NCBI RefSeq assembly: GCF_009914755.1
Contig: NC_060927.1
DNA: 64,000 nucleotides
DNA from: the human T2T-CHM13v2.0 reference genome, Homo sapiens
Reading direction: 5' to 3' (one strand)
In this document: piece by piece, positions 40,450 to 56,240 of the stretch
Numbering within the stretch: position 1 is the stretch's first letter
How the letters are laid out: every line of letters begins with the position of its first letter
Program-made: the position numbers and the translations under genes
Notes under the pieces: generated by a model
What the model was told of the DNA's origin: nothing
The model's database searches: none
What the model saw: the letters and a program-made list of their open reading frames with translations, nothing else

Positions 40450-41700
40450 TAGTGAATATTTTCTGTAATATCAACAGAATATTTTTGTCAGCAAAGTGAG
40501 GTCAATATATTGAGTGAAACACTCTGTATTAAACATAATATTAATGCTTATTGACTATGTATATTAATGTCTTTTGCAGACTTCAGTTGAATCACTATGA
40601 CTTATTCTAAATGAGATATTTTTAATGAAAATGTATCACATAGACAAGCTAAACCATTTCCAGGAATATTGTAACAGCTTCAAAAGAAGATGCTACAGTG
40701 TTAAAGGGAAACATATGATTCTTGGTGTTAGTGCCAGAGAGCTATAGTTTTAATGTGTTGAATCACTACGAGTGATGACATGAATGATTAAATTTTGTAA
40801 TAGCAACTTAATTTGAAAGAAGGAGATTCTCTGATTCAGGGACTTACTAAAATTTCTCAACAAGTGATAAAGACTGAAAATATGACAAAAAAGTTTTCAG
40901 ATAACTTACTTAAGGAAAAAGTCATGGTATAATGATTATTTTTATAAGCAATAAGATAGATTTGAGTTGATGAAAGTACTCCAGATGGAGTGTAAGCAGT
41001 ATTTCATTCCTGCAAAAAACATTTTGTATTTAGTTATTGAGATGGTCATCCTAAAGACATTTATTTAAGATACTAAATTCTGGCGTCACAAATTACAGTG
41101 CTATTTGATGACAGGTGCTATAGATCAACAAGATGAAGTTATATTTATTAACAATTGAGAAATTAAAACATAGTGGAATGCAGGGCAACCAAACTAGGAT
41201 AAAATTCACTGAAGGTTTAATTGGCTGGTACTCTTTTGGAATATATTAATATTGATGCACTGACTTTAAAAGACCAGCATTAACACTATCAGCCCAATCA
41301 TCATAGTTCACTGTTGATAACCAGACAGCAATTATTACTGCACATTGTCAATGAAGTTATTATTTTAGATTATATGATGATGTGGCTTGGAATAAATTCT
41401 AACTAATTATAAGAAATTGAAAGAAGCAACATTCAAATTACAAGTGATGTTTAATAAAAGGCCTCACTAGCAAAATGCTAGAAATTAACCTCTTTTACTT
41501 GGCATCATTTAAACATCTCTAAACTTAATACAATGTGTACTTTATTTTTTTACAATGAGTGGCATAGGACATAAATTTCTTTCAAGACAATCTTATTTTC
41601 AAAATTTTGCAGTTAGGAATTGATTTGGTGTGAAAATTATAAATATTTTTTCAATAGCTCTCATTCAAACTTTAATGAAATAATTTTGTAATTGGTTGTT
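40450..41700 (+). mobile_element. Degraded hAT (Tip100/Arthur-like) transposase fossil
   Basis: VDEST at 40966-40980 and ISPIIIVHC at 41288-41314, in the order expected for hAT motifs; many stops and frameshifts. Confidence 0.5.
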
Positions 41701-42579
41701 TAATGGCTGTCATTCAGCAACTACTATTACCATGATTAAAAGTTCTGTGAAGACGGGAATGGTGTCTGTCATGTGAACTAGAGCCCTAGCACCTATCTTA
41801 CATGGTGTACAGTCCCTCAATAAGGAATTGCTTATTAATAAAATGAATGCATAGGCCCATAGCTAGCAACTGGGAGGAAAGGGGATTCAAGCCAAACTGC
41901 TGACTTCATGTGCAGAGACTAATCTCAATTTGGATGCGACAGGATACAAACATCAAATTCATGGATATATTTCCCAGTGAACTCAAACATTACTATTGAA
42001 TAAACTATGTGTAAGATGAATAGCTTGACCACATCAGTCGGTCATTCTTGTGGCATGATTTCATGGTTTGCTATTTATGGAAATGCCTTTAGGTTATAGT
42101 TTATATTACATATGATTCTAGAAAGTTCATGGCTAGGGCCACTGATTTAATTCTCAGAGGAAAAATTAGATTTTCCAGGAAAACCTTCTTTTTCCTTCCC
42201 ATAGTTTGTAACCTCAACTCTAGATAGAAATGTCTGTCTTGTTCTAAATGAAAAATCTTGGATTAAATGTGAGCAGACATTAGGCTTTTCCATTTCAAAA
42301 TCTGAATCATCAGTTGACCAACTGGGTCACTGTTAAGAAATTATTTTAAATATTACTAAATCCACTTTTTGTTCTAAATTTATATTGTATTAATAGCAAC
42401 CAAGTGATACACGTTTTATCCCTTTTAATTTTGAAAAAAATCCCATGAGTTAAATGCTAGCATCCCAATCTGAGAGATGCAGAAAATGAGACAGAGAATT
42501 CAGATCAAGGTCTTCCCAATTTAAACAATTAATCCAGTGATTATTCTACAGTAAAATAAAGATAGTAATAAATAGATAG

Positions 42580-42806
42580 ATCACCCTTGAACAACACAGA
42601 ATTAAACTACATAGGTCCACTTATACTCAATTTTTTTTCCAACCAAACAAATAAAACCTTTGTGGTAGGCAAACCTGCCTATACATAGGGCCAAATTTTA
42701 GTGTGCATATATTCCACAGGCAGGACTGCGGGATTTGAGTATGCACCAATTTTGTGTTTATGTAGTGTCTTGGAACCAATCCTCCAACTATACTGACAGA
42801 CAGTGC
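42580..42806. mobile_element. Tigger-derived MITE (MER8-like)
   Basis: Ends 'cccttgaacaacac...ggtccacttatac' and 'tggaaccaatcc'. Confidence 0.7.
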
Positions 42807-43791
42807 ACTATTGTTCATAGTAATTTCTAGATAGTAGACATGAGCAAAAAGTACTGTATTAATGGGATTTGTAAGCTAAACATAATGTGTACAACACAGG
42901 CTATTGTTAGGGTCATTTAATCCAGGCTCCAGAGCCCTATGACTAGAGAAAAACACCTTGAGTTGGTATAAAATTCCATGAATATAAACAAAAAAAACTA
43001 AATTGTCCCTGCTGCAGATTTGTGAGAACTCTTAAGAAATACTTGAGGCTTTACTTTTATGATTCTATGAGTTATTGAGTCTTTAAATGTCACCATCTTT
43101 TCAAAATACAACCATGAATGTTACTATATTAACTAACGTAGTGTAGGTGGACTCCCTAGGCCTTTTGGGAGGCTTGGAGAAGCATTCTTTTGTGTTGAAG
43201 GCGAGGAACAGCCAGGTGAGGACTAGCCTTCTTAGAGCTTTATTTAAATCCAAGGATTATATAGGTTGTAGAGTCATACTTATAGATCAGAACTTTTTAA
43301 AAATTCTTTTTTCCCTATATTTGGCAAAATTGATACTAAAGAAAAATCCAAAATTCAATTCGTCACCTCCTTTGTGGCTAAGAGACAGATATTTATTTGT
43401 TTTCCCCAGTGAAATGTACCTCCACAATATTTCAGTGTTCAGCAGAGCAAAACAAGAAGAGGCAGGCTTTTTGAGGAATTCATACCTAGTAAATATGGCA
43501 GAGGTTGGCATAGACACTGAGACTGAGAAACAACTGTTGTGGAAGGGCTGCGCTTAGGGTCCCATATGTATGGTTTGCAATGCCTGTACTGGAATCAAGC
43601 CTGTGAATAGTTTAGTGGTTGGCTTAGATATTACTTCTGGCTGCATAATCTCTAAAACCAGTTTTCTGGCCCTCCTAGAATTTCTGAGGGATATCTTAGA
43701 AGCTTTAATACATTCTTCTTCTGTTTCACTTAGTTTTTCTCATTTTAGCTAATAAATCTAGCTAAAACAAGCCTATCCCACACAACAGGCT

Positions 43792-44335
43792 TGTGTGTTA
43801 GAATAATAGTCCCCCAAATAGGTGCATGTCATAATCCTGGGAATTCTGAAAACCTGAATATGAATTTTCTTTGTAAAAAGGGATTCTGCATATCAGATGA
43901 AGATTACAGACTTTGAAATGGATACGTTATCCTAAATTATTGAAATAGGCCCAATCTACTCATATACACACTTAGAAACAAATTATTTCTGGTGAGTGCA
44001 AGAGAGAGTCAGAGAGATGTGACAGAAGAGGCAGGAAATACTTCAAGCATGAGAGAGATTCCATTAGCTGTTGCTGGCTTTGAAGATAGAGGAAGGGTGC
44101 CATGAGCTGAAGAGTGCAAGCAATCTCCAGGAGCTAGTAACGGCTCTCAGCTGACAACCGCAGCAATAGAGACCTCAGTTCTACCCACTGGATGGAACAT
44201 CCTGCCAACAACCTGAACAAGCAAGAAAACAGAACCTCTCTTAGAGCCCACCGGAGTTCTGACCCATGGAATTATAAAACAATAAATTTGTAGCGTTTAA
44301 AGCCACTAAATATATGATTATAGAAAACTAATTTA
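43792..44335 (+). mobile_element. MLT1E/D-type MaLR LTR
   Basis: 'gttgctggctttgaagatagagg...aataaatttgt...aagccactaaa'; TSD aggct. Confidence 0.8.
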
Positions 44336-44653
44336 AGGCTAGAGCAAACTCAATAGTTCATGGAGCAGTGTCTAAGTGGTAATGGGACAGGGACAATTTG
44401 TGTAAAGCATTTGTATAAAGCCAGAAAAGATGAGCCTGTTTCTGGAGACATTGATAGGACATGAACCCTAATTCGTAGTCATAAAGTACAAAGTTTAGAA
44501 TTATCTATTCTTACACAGTCTAAGTTATCAAGTAATAGATGTGTATCTGGTTACCAAATTTATTTAATGAATTTAAATATTAATACCTGCTTCATTTTTA
44601 ACTAATGTAAAATCAGTATAAAGGGCTTTAAGGATTGGACTTAATGGAAAAAG

Positions 44654-45236
44654 CAGTGATCTAAAGTCTTGTATCTTAAAGGATGGTTTGTGGGAGCTTG
44701 TTTGAGTGCAGAATCTCTGACGCCACCTGAGACCTACTGTCTTGTGTTGCTTAAAGCAGAATCTGTGGCTAGGTAATTGATAAAGAAAAGAGGTTTATTT
44801 GGCAGTTCTGTTGGCTGGACAAGAAGCATGATGCTGATGACTGCTTGGCTTCTGGAGAGGGCTTTTGTGCTCATCAAAATATGGCTGAGAAGATAAGATG
44901 AGAAGCAGGCACATGAAAAGAGGGGAAAACCTGAGAGGTGTCTTGGCTTTCTAACAATTCACTCTCGTGAGAACTAATCCTGTCTCGTGAGAGCCAGAAT
45001 CACTCACTCCCAGGAAAATAGCACCAAGCTACCCATGAGGGATTCATCCCCATAGCCCAAACACCAGCCATTAGGCCCCAACTCTCAACACCATCACAAT
45101 GGGGACCAAACTTCAATATGAGCTTTGGTGGGGACAAGTAAACCATATCCAAACCCCTCCACCTACAAAATTAGAATTTGCATTTTAACAAGATCTCCCG
45201 GTGATTTTTTGCTGCCTAATGTTTGGGAAGCATTGA
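44654..45236. mobile_element. MER5A-like hAT MITE split by an MST LTR
   Basis: 'gcagaatctc...gacctac' continues as 'ttgcattttaacaagatctcccggtgat'. Confidence 0.65.
44738..45161 (-). mobile_element. MSTB-type MaLR solo LTR
   Basis: TG...CA ends; TSD cctac. Confidence 0.85.
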
Positions 45237-45919
45237 TCTAAAGCTTGAACAGCAAAAATCGGAAACGTAGCCAAATTAAATTTAAAAACCACTATAAGTA
45301 ATCACTATACTAAACTTATTCTTAGGCATTCTCCATTTTGTTTTATCACTTATAAAAATGGTAGCATATACTATTTCATAGGGTTAAAGTCAAGATTTAA
45401 CGATCAATAAAATTATTAATTTGGTAATACATGAAAAGCTCTCTGCAAAGTGCCTGGCCAATAACAAATGTTTATAAAATATAAATATGATCAGTATTAT
45501 TTCTTAATAGCCCATTCCTCTACACTAGCCTTCCTCTTCCTGCTTGTCCAACAATCCAATTTAAATAATATCTATACAGCAACTTGGTAACTCTGGTATA
45601 ACTAATCATTTTAAATGGCAGCTACAGTAAATCAGGAGGGGAATCAAGCATTTTTTTTGTCCTTCCTTTTTCTCCTTTGCAGAGGAAATGGGATAAGGAA
45701 AGAAGGTTCTACCTAATTGTAATATGTAATATTCATTAAGTTTTCATATACATTAATTCATTGCCTATAAAAATTCTTCAGCTCTGGATATTTAGCCCAG
45801 TGGAAAGTGACTTTAATCTGTGCAAATGAAGTCATATATAAAATCTAAAATGAGACAAGACATAGATTTAGATATGTGTATTTTTATATCTTCAACATAA
45901 GTATAAGCATGAAATAGAA

Positions 45920-46110
45920 ATCTGCAGGCCTAGTTTAGAAGCCAGCAGGACCTGGGTTTAAATTCTGACAATTTGTCTTACTGTGTGACATTTGGCAAAC
46001 CACCTTAACCACTCTGAAGTTTAGTTTCCTCATCTATAAACATCTGCCTTAAAAAATTATAATTCTTATTAAATATAAACATCTTTTCTATGTGGTCTGG
46101 AACATAGTGG
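45920..46110 (+). mobile_element. MIR
   Basis: 'gacctgggtttaaattctg...ctgtgtgacatttggcaa...ttagtttcctcatctataaa'. Confidence 0.7.
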
Positions 46111-48612
46111 CATAAAACAAAGGCTTTTTTCTTTCTTTTCAGACTTTTAGGTATATAAATAGGATAATGTATGTACCAGTATTATATCTCTAAATTTTAA
46201 TCTGCACATTTTCTGCATATTTTCCTCACCCTCTTAGCATTGTTTTCTGAGGCCATTTCTTTCCGTGCTCATCTTGCGGGTCGGGAAGCATGAACAAACA
46301 CTTACATGTAAGTAAGTGATAGAAAAATTCAACTATCTGCTTAAACAATAGCTTCAGACAAGAGTGGAACTGTACACAGAAGAATAGAAGGTGGATGGGT
46401 AATGAATAACTCTGCTTGGAAAAAAAGGAAAGAAGGGATCCTAAATATTGAATGAAAAAGAGTAAATAGTATCTTTCTTTTAAAGGGCTAGAGACACAAA
46501 CAAAAGGACCTGAGCACAAACATATCTCTAAACAGGGACTCTATCAATCCATCAAATAGAGACAGAATTATATCTAGTAGTTCTAAACCATTAAGAACAT
46601 CTTGAACATAGTTTGAGGGAGTTAAACAGTGTATTGGTGACCAAAATGGAAAAAAACACAACCAGAGATTATTCCACTCTAAACCACAGCAACATTGTAT
46701 ATGCTGCCAAAGATAATTGCTATTTGCTTCTAACTCCAAGGAAAGTAGAGAAAGACCAAGTATCTTAAGAAGAACAATGCCTGAGGCTATAGGGGACCCT
46801 GAACCTGAATATGAAAACCCTTAAACTGGATTACTTCACTAATTTGAGTAACTACTGGAGCTTCACGAAGTCACAGAGAGATGAAAATTATTAATAATTA
46901 TTACATTTATTTATTTAGTATTTAAATATATGTATTATGTGTATATAATTATAAATAACCATTTTTTTTACTGATGCATTTGGATACATGCATAAAATAT
47001 TTTCAGTATAAACAATTTACAATATGAGTTTTTTTACGATGTTGTTAAATTTGTTTTAAGCCTTGGAACTTATTTAAAAAACATAATTTATATTTAATTA
47101 TATTTTTATATGCATTTTTGAAAAAGGCTAGGGTTAAAATAGCCAGTTAAAAATAGCCACTAAAGATTTTAATGATAATTATTATACTTCTATCAAATAC
47201 CTTAAATTTATAAGATGTATTGAGTAGTTACTATATACAAGGCACTGTCCAATGTGTCAAGATGATAATGATGGAAGAGACATGCTTGTTCAAGAATGGT
47301 ACTTAATGTTAGAGGAATATGTGTAAAAATGACATGACACAATTCTATGGACATAGATGTTTTTGTGCTCATGTATTACAATTTTAAAGAGTATAACAAT
47401 TCATGCTCTGCAGAGTATTTAAAATATTTAGAAATGTATCATTTGAAAATTATAAAGACCTGTAAATATCTTTTCTCGTCATTATTCTTCAGAGATTAAA
47501 AAAAAACAGATTATGCAGATTTGCAGTTTTTAAATGCCAGTAATTTGGTAATTTGGACCAAAATTCATATTGAAGACAACTTAAAAAGCTGGATAAAGTT
47601 AAAAAAAACAATAGCCTGAAGGCATGGCAGAGCTAACAAAGCTGTGAAAAAATTGCAAGGTCAAGATTTGAAAGGTAGAAATCTAAATATGGTTGTTATT
47701 TTGTGCTAATTTCTCTCAAATAGCTTAAGCTGATTCTTAAAAACATAGCTCAGTGTTTGAGAAGCTGAGCAAAGCTTTTGAAACTCCCTCAAGTCTAGGA
47801 AGAAAACTTCAGTAAACAACAAGTGGTGTAACTCTCCCACACATTGAGGCCTAGTTTTAAATTATTTCAAATCTAAAACTAAATTAGATAATCACAGATT
47901 TCTAGTTATCTCTAACTGTGTTTAAGAGTTTAAACAACTTTGCTTGTTATATTCAAGGAGATAGATGATAAGATAGAAATATTTGGCAGAGCACAATAAT
48001 TTTTTTTTAAATGAATGTTCTAGAACTTAAAAAAATAAGAAACTAAATGAGGAATTTTATAGATTGGTTCAACCATAAAATAGACACAGCTAAAGGAAGA
48101 TTTAGTTAATTCGAAGTAGATCACAAGAAAATTTCCAGAATGAAGCAAGAAGAGATGAAGTATGTTAGACAGAGGGCAGTATTTCAGAGTCAAAAAGAAC
48201 AAAATTAGAAGATCAAAAACATGTGTAATTTGATTCTCAGTAAGAGAAGAAAGAAAAAATGAGGAAGAAGCAATATTTAGAGATACAATTTCTGCAAATT
48301 TCCCAAAATTGACCACAACAAACAAAACCAATCACAGAGACTTTGAGAATGCAAAAAAAAAAAAAAAGTGAAAAAAATCCCACACCCTTAGGTTCACACA
48401 GTGAAAATTCTGAGGGAGGAAGGAGAGAGAGAGAGAGACAGAGACAGAGAGAGAAAGAGAGAATAAAAAGCAGCTAGAGAAACAATACAGATTGGTTTTA
48501 AAGGAGCAACAATTAACCTGGAACTAACTTTTCATAGAAGTAATTCAAGTCAGTAGACAATAAAGTGATATATTTGAAGTCGTGAAAGAGAGTAACATAG
48601 GACCTATACGTC

Positions 48613-51941
<3,329 letters not shown>

Positions 51942-53284
51942 TCAATCAGCAGGAAAATTATTCAAAATAAAAATCTGGAGTTACAGGCAAACTTTAGATG
52001 CAATGAAAATGGTAAGTATTGAGTACATGAAACGATAAAAATACCTTGTGAAAATTAAAAAATAGCATTAGAATAGATCACAAAGAACAGGAGGAGCTTG
52101 AACACATTTGAAGAGTATTAACGTCCAGGTTTGATCTTAAACAAGCTTAAAAGTATCAGATAACATTATCTACTGACATTGATAAATTAGCAATGCATAT
52201 TTATAATTTCTAGGGAAACCACTAAAAGGTTAATAAGAGGTTCTATCACTAATAATCTAAGGAATGGGAAAATGAAATAATATAAAAATATTTAATTAAT
52301 ATGAAATCAGGCAAAAAAGGAGGTAGTGGAACATAAAAATCAAATAGTACAATAGTAGATTTATTTCAGTTTATTGGTGATTACGTTACATTAACTGGAC
52401 CAAGTTGTCCAATTAGAAACAAAGTTCTCAAACTAAGTTAGAAAAAGTATACAGAAGATATACGATAAATCAAAGAACATAGAAAGATTGAAATAGACAG
52501 CTAGTACAAGTTAGAACATGAAAACATTAGCCCAAAGAACACTAGTGTAACTATAGCTAAAAAAGTAAACTTTAATGCAGAATGCATACCAAGACATTAG
52601 AATATATACCTCATTAAAGGAAAAACATAGTTCACTAGGAATATTTAAAATTTCAAATTTTTAATGCAGCCAATAATAAAACCTTGAAACATGACAGCAC
52701 TGAAAAAAGTAAAAGAAAAATGTATAATTATAGTGGAAAGTTTATCACTCCTTACTAATGGTTATAGAAACAGAAAAAAAATAGTACAACTTTAATGAAA
52801 GATTTCAAGAACTTAACTAAAAGTTTGTCCTGACTGACTTATTTTTAGTTTGTGATCAGCAACTTCAGACTCCATAATGGCATTTATAAAATTCGAAATT
52901 ATATTCAGACTATTCTTTGATCATGGTATATTTCTGCTAGACATAAACACATAATTTTGTATCTCTATCTCTATATCTATATATACACATATGAGTCACT
53001 AGATGTATAGAACTGAGATACTTGTATATAACCCATAAATAAAAGAAAAACCAGAATGAAAATTTGTAGAAAATTTATAGGCTTAAATTGATATCTTAGA
53101 AAAGAACATTTGAAAATCAATGATCTAAGCTTCCTTAAAAGGAGCAAATTAAGACAAAAGAAGTTATCTGCAAGGAAATAATATAAGATTACAGCTTAAG
53201 AATGCAAAAATAAAAAGGTGATCAACAAATCCTAGAATTGTACCTTTGACAGTCTTTGTAATTGATAAATGCCTTGTAAAACTT

Positions 53285-53823
53285 GAAGGAAGGGAGGAAG
53301 GATGGAAGGAAGGAAGGAAGGAAGGAGGGAGGGAGGGAGGGAAGGAAGGAAGGAGGGAAGGAGGGAGGAAAGGAGGGAGGGAAGGAGGGAGGAAAGGAAG
53401 GAAGGAAAGAAGAAAGGAAGGAGGGAAGGAAGCAAGGAAGGGCGGGAGGGAGGGACGGAGGGAGAGAGGGAGAGAGGGAAGGAAGGAAGGGAGACAGGGA
53501 GGGAAGGGAAGAAGGAAGGAATGAAGGAAGGAAGGAAGGGAGGGAGGGAGGAAGGAGGGAGGGAGGGAAAGAGGGAGAGAGGGAAAGAGGGAGAGAGGGA
53601 AGGAAGGAAGGGAGCGACGGAGGGAGAGAGGGAGAGAGGGAGGGAAGGAAGGGAGAGAGGGAGGGAAGGGAGGAAGGAAGGAATGAAGGAGGGAAGGAAG
53701 GAAGGGAGGGAGGGAGGAAGGAGGGAGGGAGGGAAAGAGGGAGAGAGGGAAGGAAGGAAGGGAGGGAGGGAGGAAGGAAGGGAGGGAGGGAGGGAGGAAG
53801 AAAGGGAAGGAAAGGAAGGGAGG
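53285..53823 (+). repeat. (GGAA/GGGA)n polypurine tract, about 540 bp
   Basis: Almost pure purine on the + strand. Confidence 0.97.
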
Positions 53824-54829
53824 CTATCTAATATAAGAAACTGAAAATTTAGAAGACACCAATAGAATATTATGAAAAATTTTACTCCACATTAAAAAAT
53901 TTAGATGAAATGGACAGTCCTAGAAAAAATGCAGCTTGCTACTTTTGACACAGATGAAATAAAATAATCAAATATTACTATATTTATTGAAGAATTTAAT
54001 ATAAAATCTAAAACTTTTCTATAGAGGTAATTCCATTTTCAGATGATATGACCAATGAATTCAATCAAATATGTAGGGGAGAATTAATGCTGGTATTACA
54101 TGACTCTTCCCAAGACTAGGAAAAATAGGAACAAATTTTGATAACATATTCTGTCAAGAGCGTTATCACTGGTAAAAATTATAGGCCAATTTAAATCATG
54201 AACACAGATGCAAAAATATAAAATATTAACCAAAACATGCAATGAAATATAAGAAGAAGAGCATATCATAATCAACTTGGGTTTATCTCCTAAATATAAA
54301 TTTAGTTTAACATTTGAAAAATGACCCATGTTTTTTAGTACTATATTAAGTCATTTGATTTCAACATATACAACTCCCTTAACAAATTAAACACTTAGTC
54401 ATGAAAAAGAATTTAGAAAACCAGAAATTGAAGAATATTTTCTTAATGTAATATTGAGTACGTACAATAGGTATGTAGCTAGCCTCATACTTTATGGTAT
54501 GATGTTGAATTATTTTTATTTAAAATAAGAAAAAATTATACATGTTATCATCACTTCTATTCAACATCTTACTAGAGGTCCAACCCAATATAATAAAAAC
54601 ACCAATAAGAAAAAGTAATGTATATTGTAAAATAAGAAATAAAAGTGTCATTACAGACAGCATAATGATATGCCAGAAAATAGAAGTAAATCTCCAAATA
54701 AATTTTTAAAATGAAGAAGTGAGTTTGGGAATAATACTGAACATAAGCTCAGTGCTCAGCACACAAATATCAAAAGTATATGCACATACCAAGCACAAAA
54801 ATAAAAATGAAATAAATTTAAAAACACCA

Positions 54830-55497
54830 TTTTCTTTTTCTTTTTCTTAACTTTTATTTTAGATTTGAAGGTATATGTGGAGGTTTGTTACATGGGCAAA
54901 TTGTGTGTCACAGGGGCTTGGTGTACAGATTATTTCATCACCCAAGTAATAAGCATTGTATTCGATAGGTAGCTTCTTGAGCCTCCTCCTCCTCCCAACC
55001 TCCACTCTCAAGTAATCCCTAATGTCTGCTGTTCCCACTCAGTGTTTAGTTCCCACTTACAAGTGAGAACATGCAGTATTTGATTTTCTGTTCCTATGTT
55101 AGTTGGCTTAGGATAATGGCCTCTAGCTCCATCCATATTGCCGCAAAGGACATGATCTCATTGTCCTATACTACTGTGTAGTATTCCATGGTATATATGT
55201 ACCACATTTTCTTTATCCAGCCTACCATTGATGGTTATTCAAGTTGATTCCATGTCTTTGCTATTGTGAAATAGCAGGTAGTGCTGTGATGGACATACGC
55301 ATACATGTGTCTTTATGGTAGAATGATTTATATTCCTTTGGGTATAAACCCAATAATGGGATAACTGGCTCAAATGGTAATCTTGTTCTAAGTTCTTAGA
55401 GAAATCTCCAAAAGCTTTCTACAGTGTGAACTAATTGATATTTCCACCAGAAGTATATAAGTGTTCCCTTTTCTCCACAACCTCACCAGTACTTTTT
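54830..55497 (-). mobile_element. Older L1PA (PA15/16-like) 3' end
   Basis: 'aggtttgttacatgggcaaattgtgtgtc...gattatttcatcacccaag'; near-TSD aaca(c/t)cattt. Confidence 0.8.
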
Positions 55498-55960
55498 AGT
55501 CATGAAAGAACATCATTTCCAATAAATAGAATTGAACAAATTTTTAAAAACTAAACTAGTGAAAAATTAGCAAGAACCCTGCTCAGACAAGTGAAAGTAT
55601 TATTGAGAGATAAATAATTATACAAGTCAGATAACAAAGAATACATATTATTCAATTTATTTAAGGATTTCTATGGCAAATTTGAACTTTAGAATCAGAT
55701 GTCAGAGTAGTGGTTACCTTTCATGAGGAAGGAGATGGTTGGAGTGAAGATTGCACAGAAAGAACTATTTCTTGTGGTCTATTTCTTTTTTTGGATGAGC
55801 ATTACATGCTTGATTTCTGTGATAATTTGTTGCATTATAGATTCATTTTATGCATTATATATATGTGTTATATTTCAAAATACAAACATTTAAAAATCCT
55901 AATCATTAATATAACAGAAATATTATTTTATATACAGTATACATTTATATATATTTATAT

Positions 55961-56240
55961 ACATTTGACCATTGGACAATGTTGGGGTTGGGGTGCCAAT
56001 TCTCATGCAATTGACAATTTATGCATAACTTTTGACTCCTCAAACTTAACTACTATAGCCTACTATTGACTGGAAGCCTTACTGATAACATAAATGATTG
56101 ATTAGCATGTAAATAGACTAGTATCTATGTGTATTTTATGCATTTGCTACATATCTACCTTAATAAATAAACATATTGATTAAAAATAATCTGTGTATAA
56201 GTGGACCCTTGTAGTTCAAACCTGTGTTGTTCAAGGGATA
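55961..56240. mobile_element. Tigger2a/MER28-like DNA transposon
   Basis: 'ataacttttgactcctcaaacttaactac' and TIR-like 'gtataagtggaccc...gttgttcaaggg'. Confidence 0.7.

Noticed and set aside
43147-43557. 136-aa ORF
   Set aside because: No recognisable domain and a non-ATG start; probably within an old LTR-like sequence that I could not assign.
47133-47160. Duplicated gttaaaa(a)tagcca with a MEF2-like site
   Set aside because: A single AT-rich motif in very AT-rich DNA; expected by chance.
53232-53844. G/E/R/K-rich ORFs of 67-182 aa
   Set aside because: They are translations of the GGAA/GGGA simple repeat.
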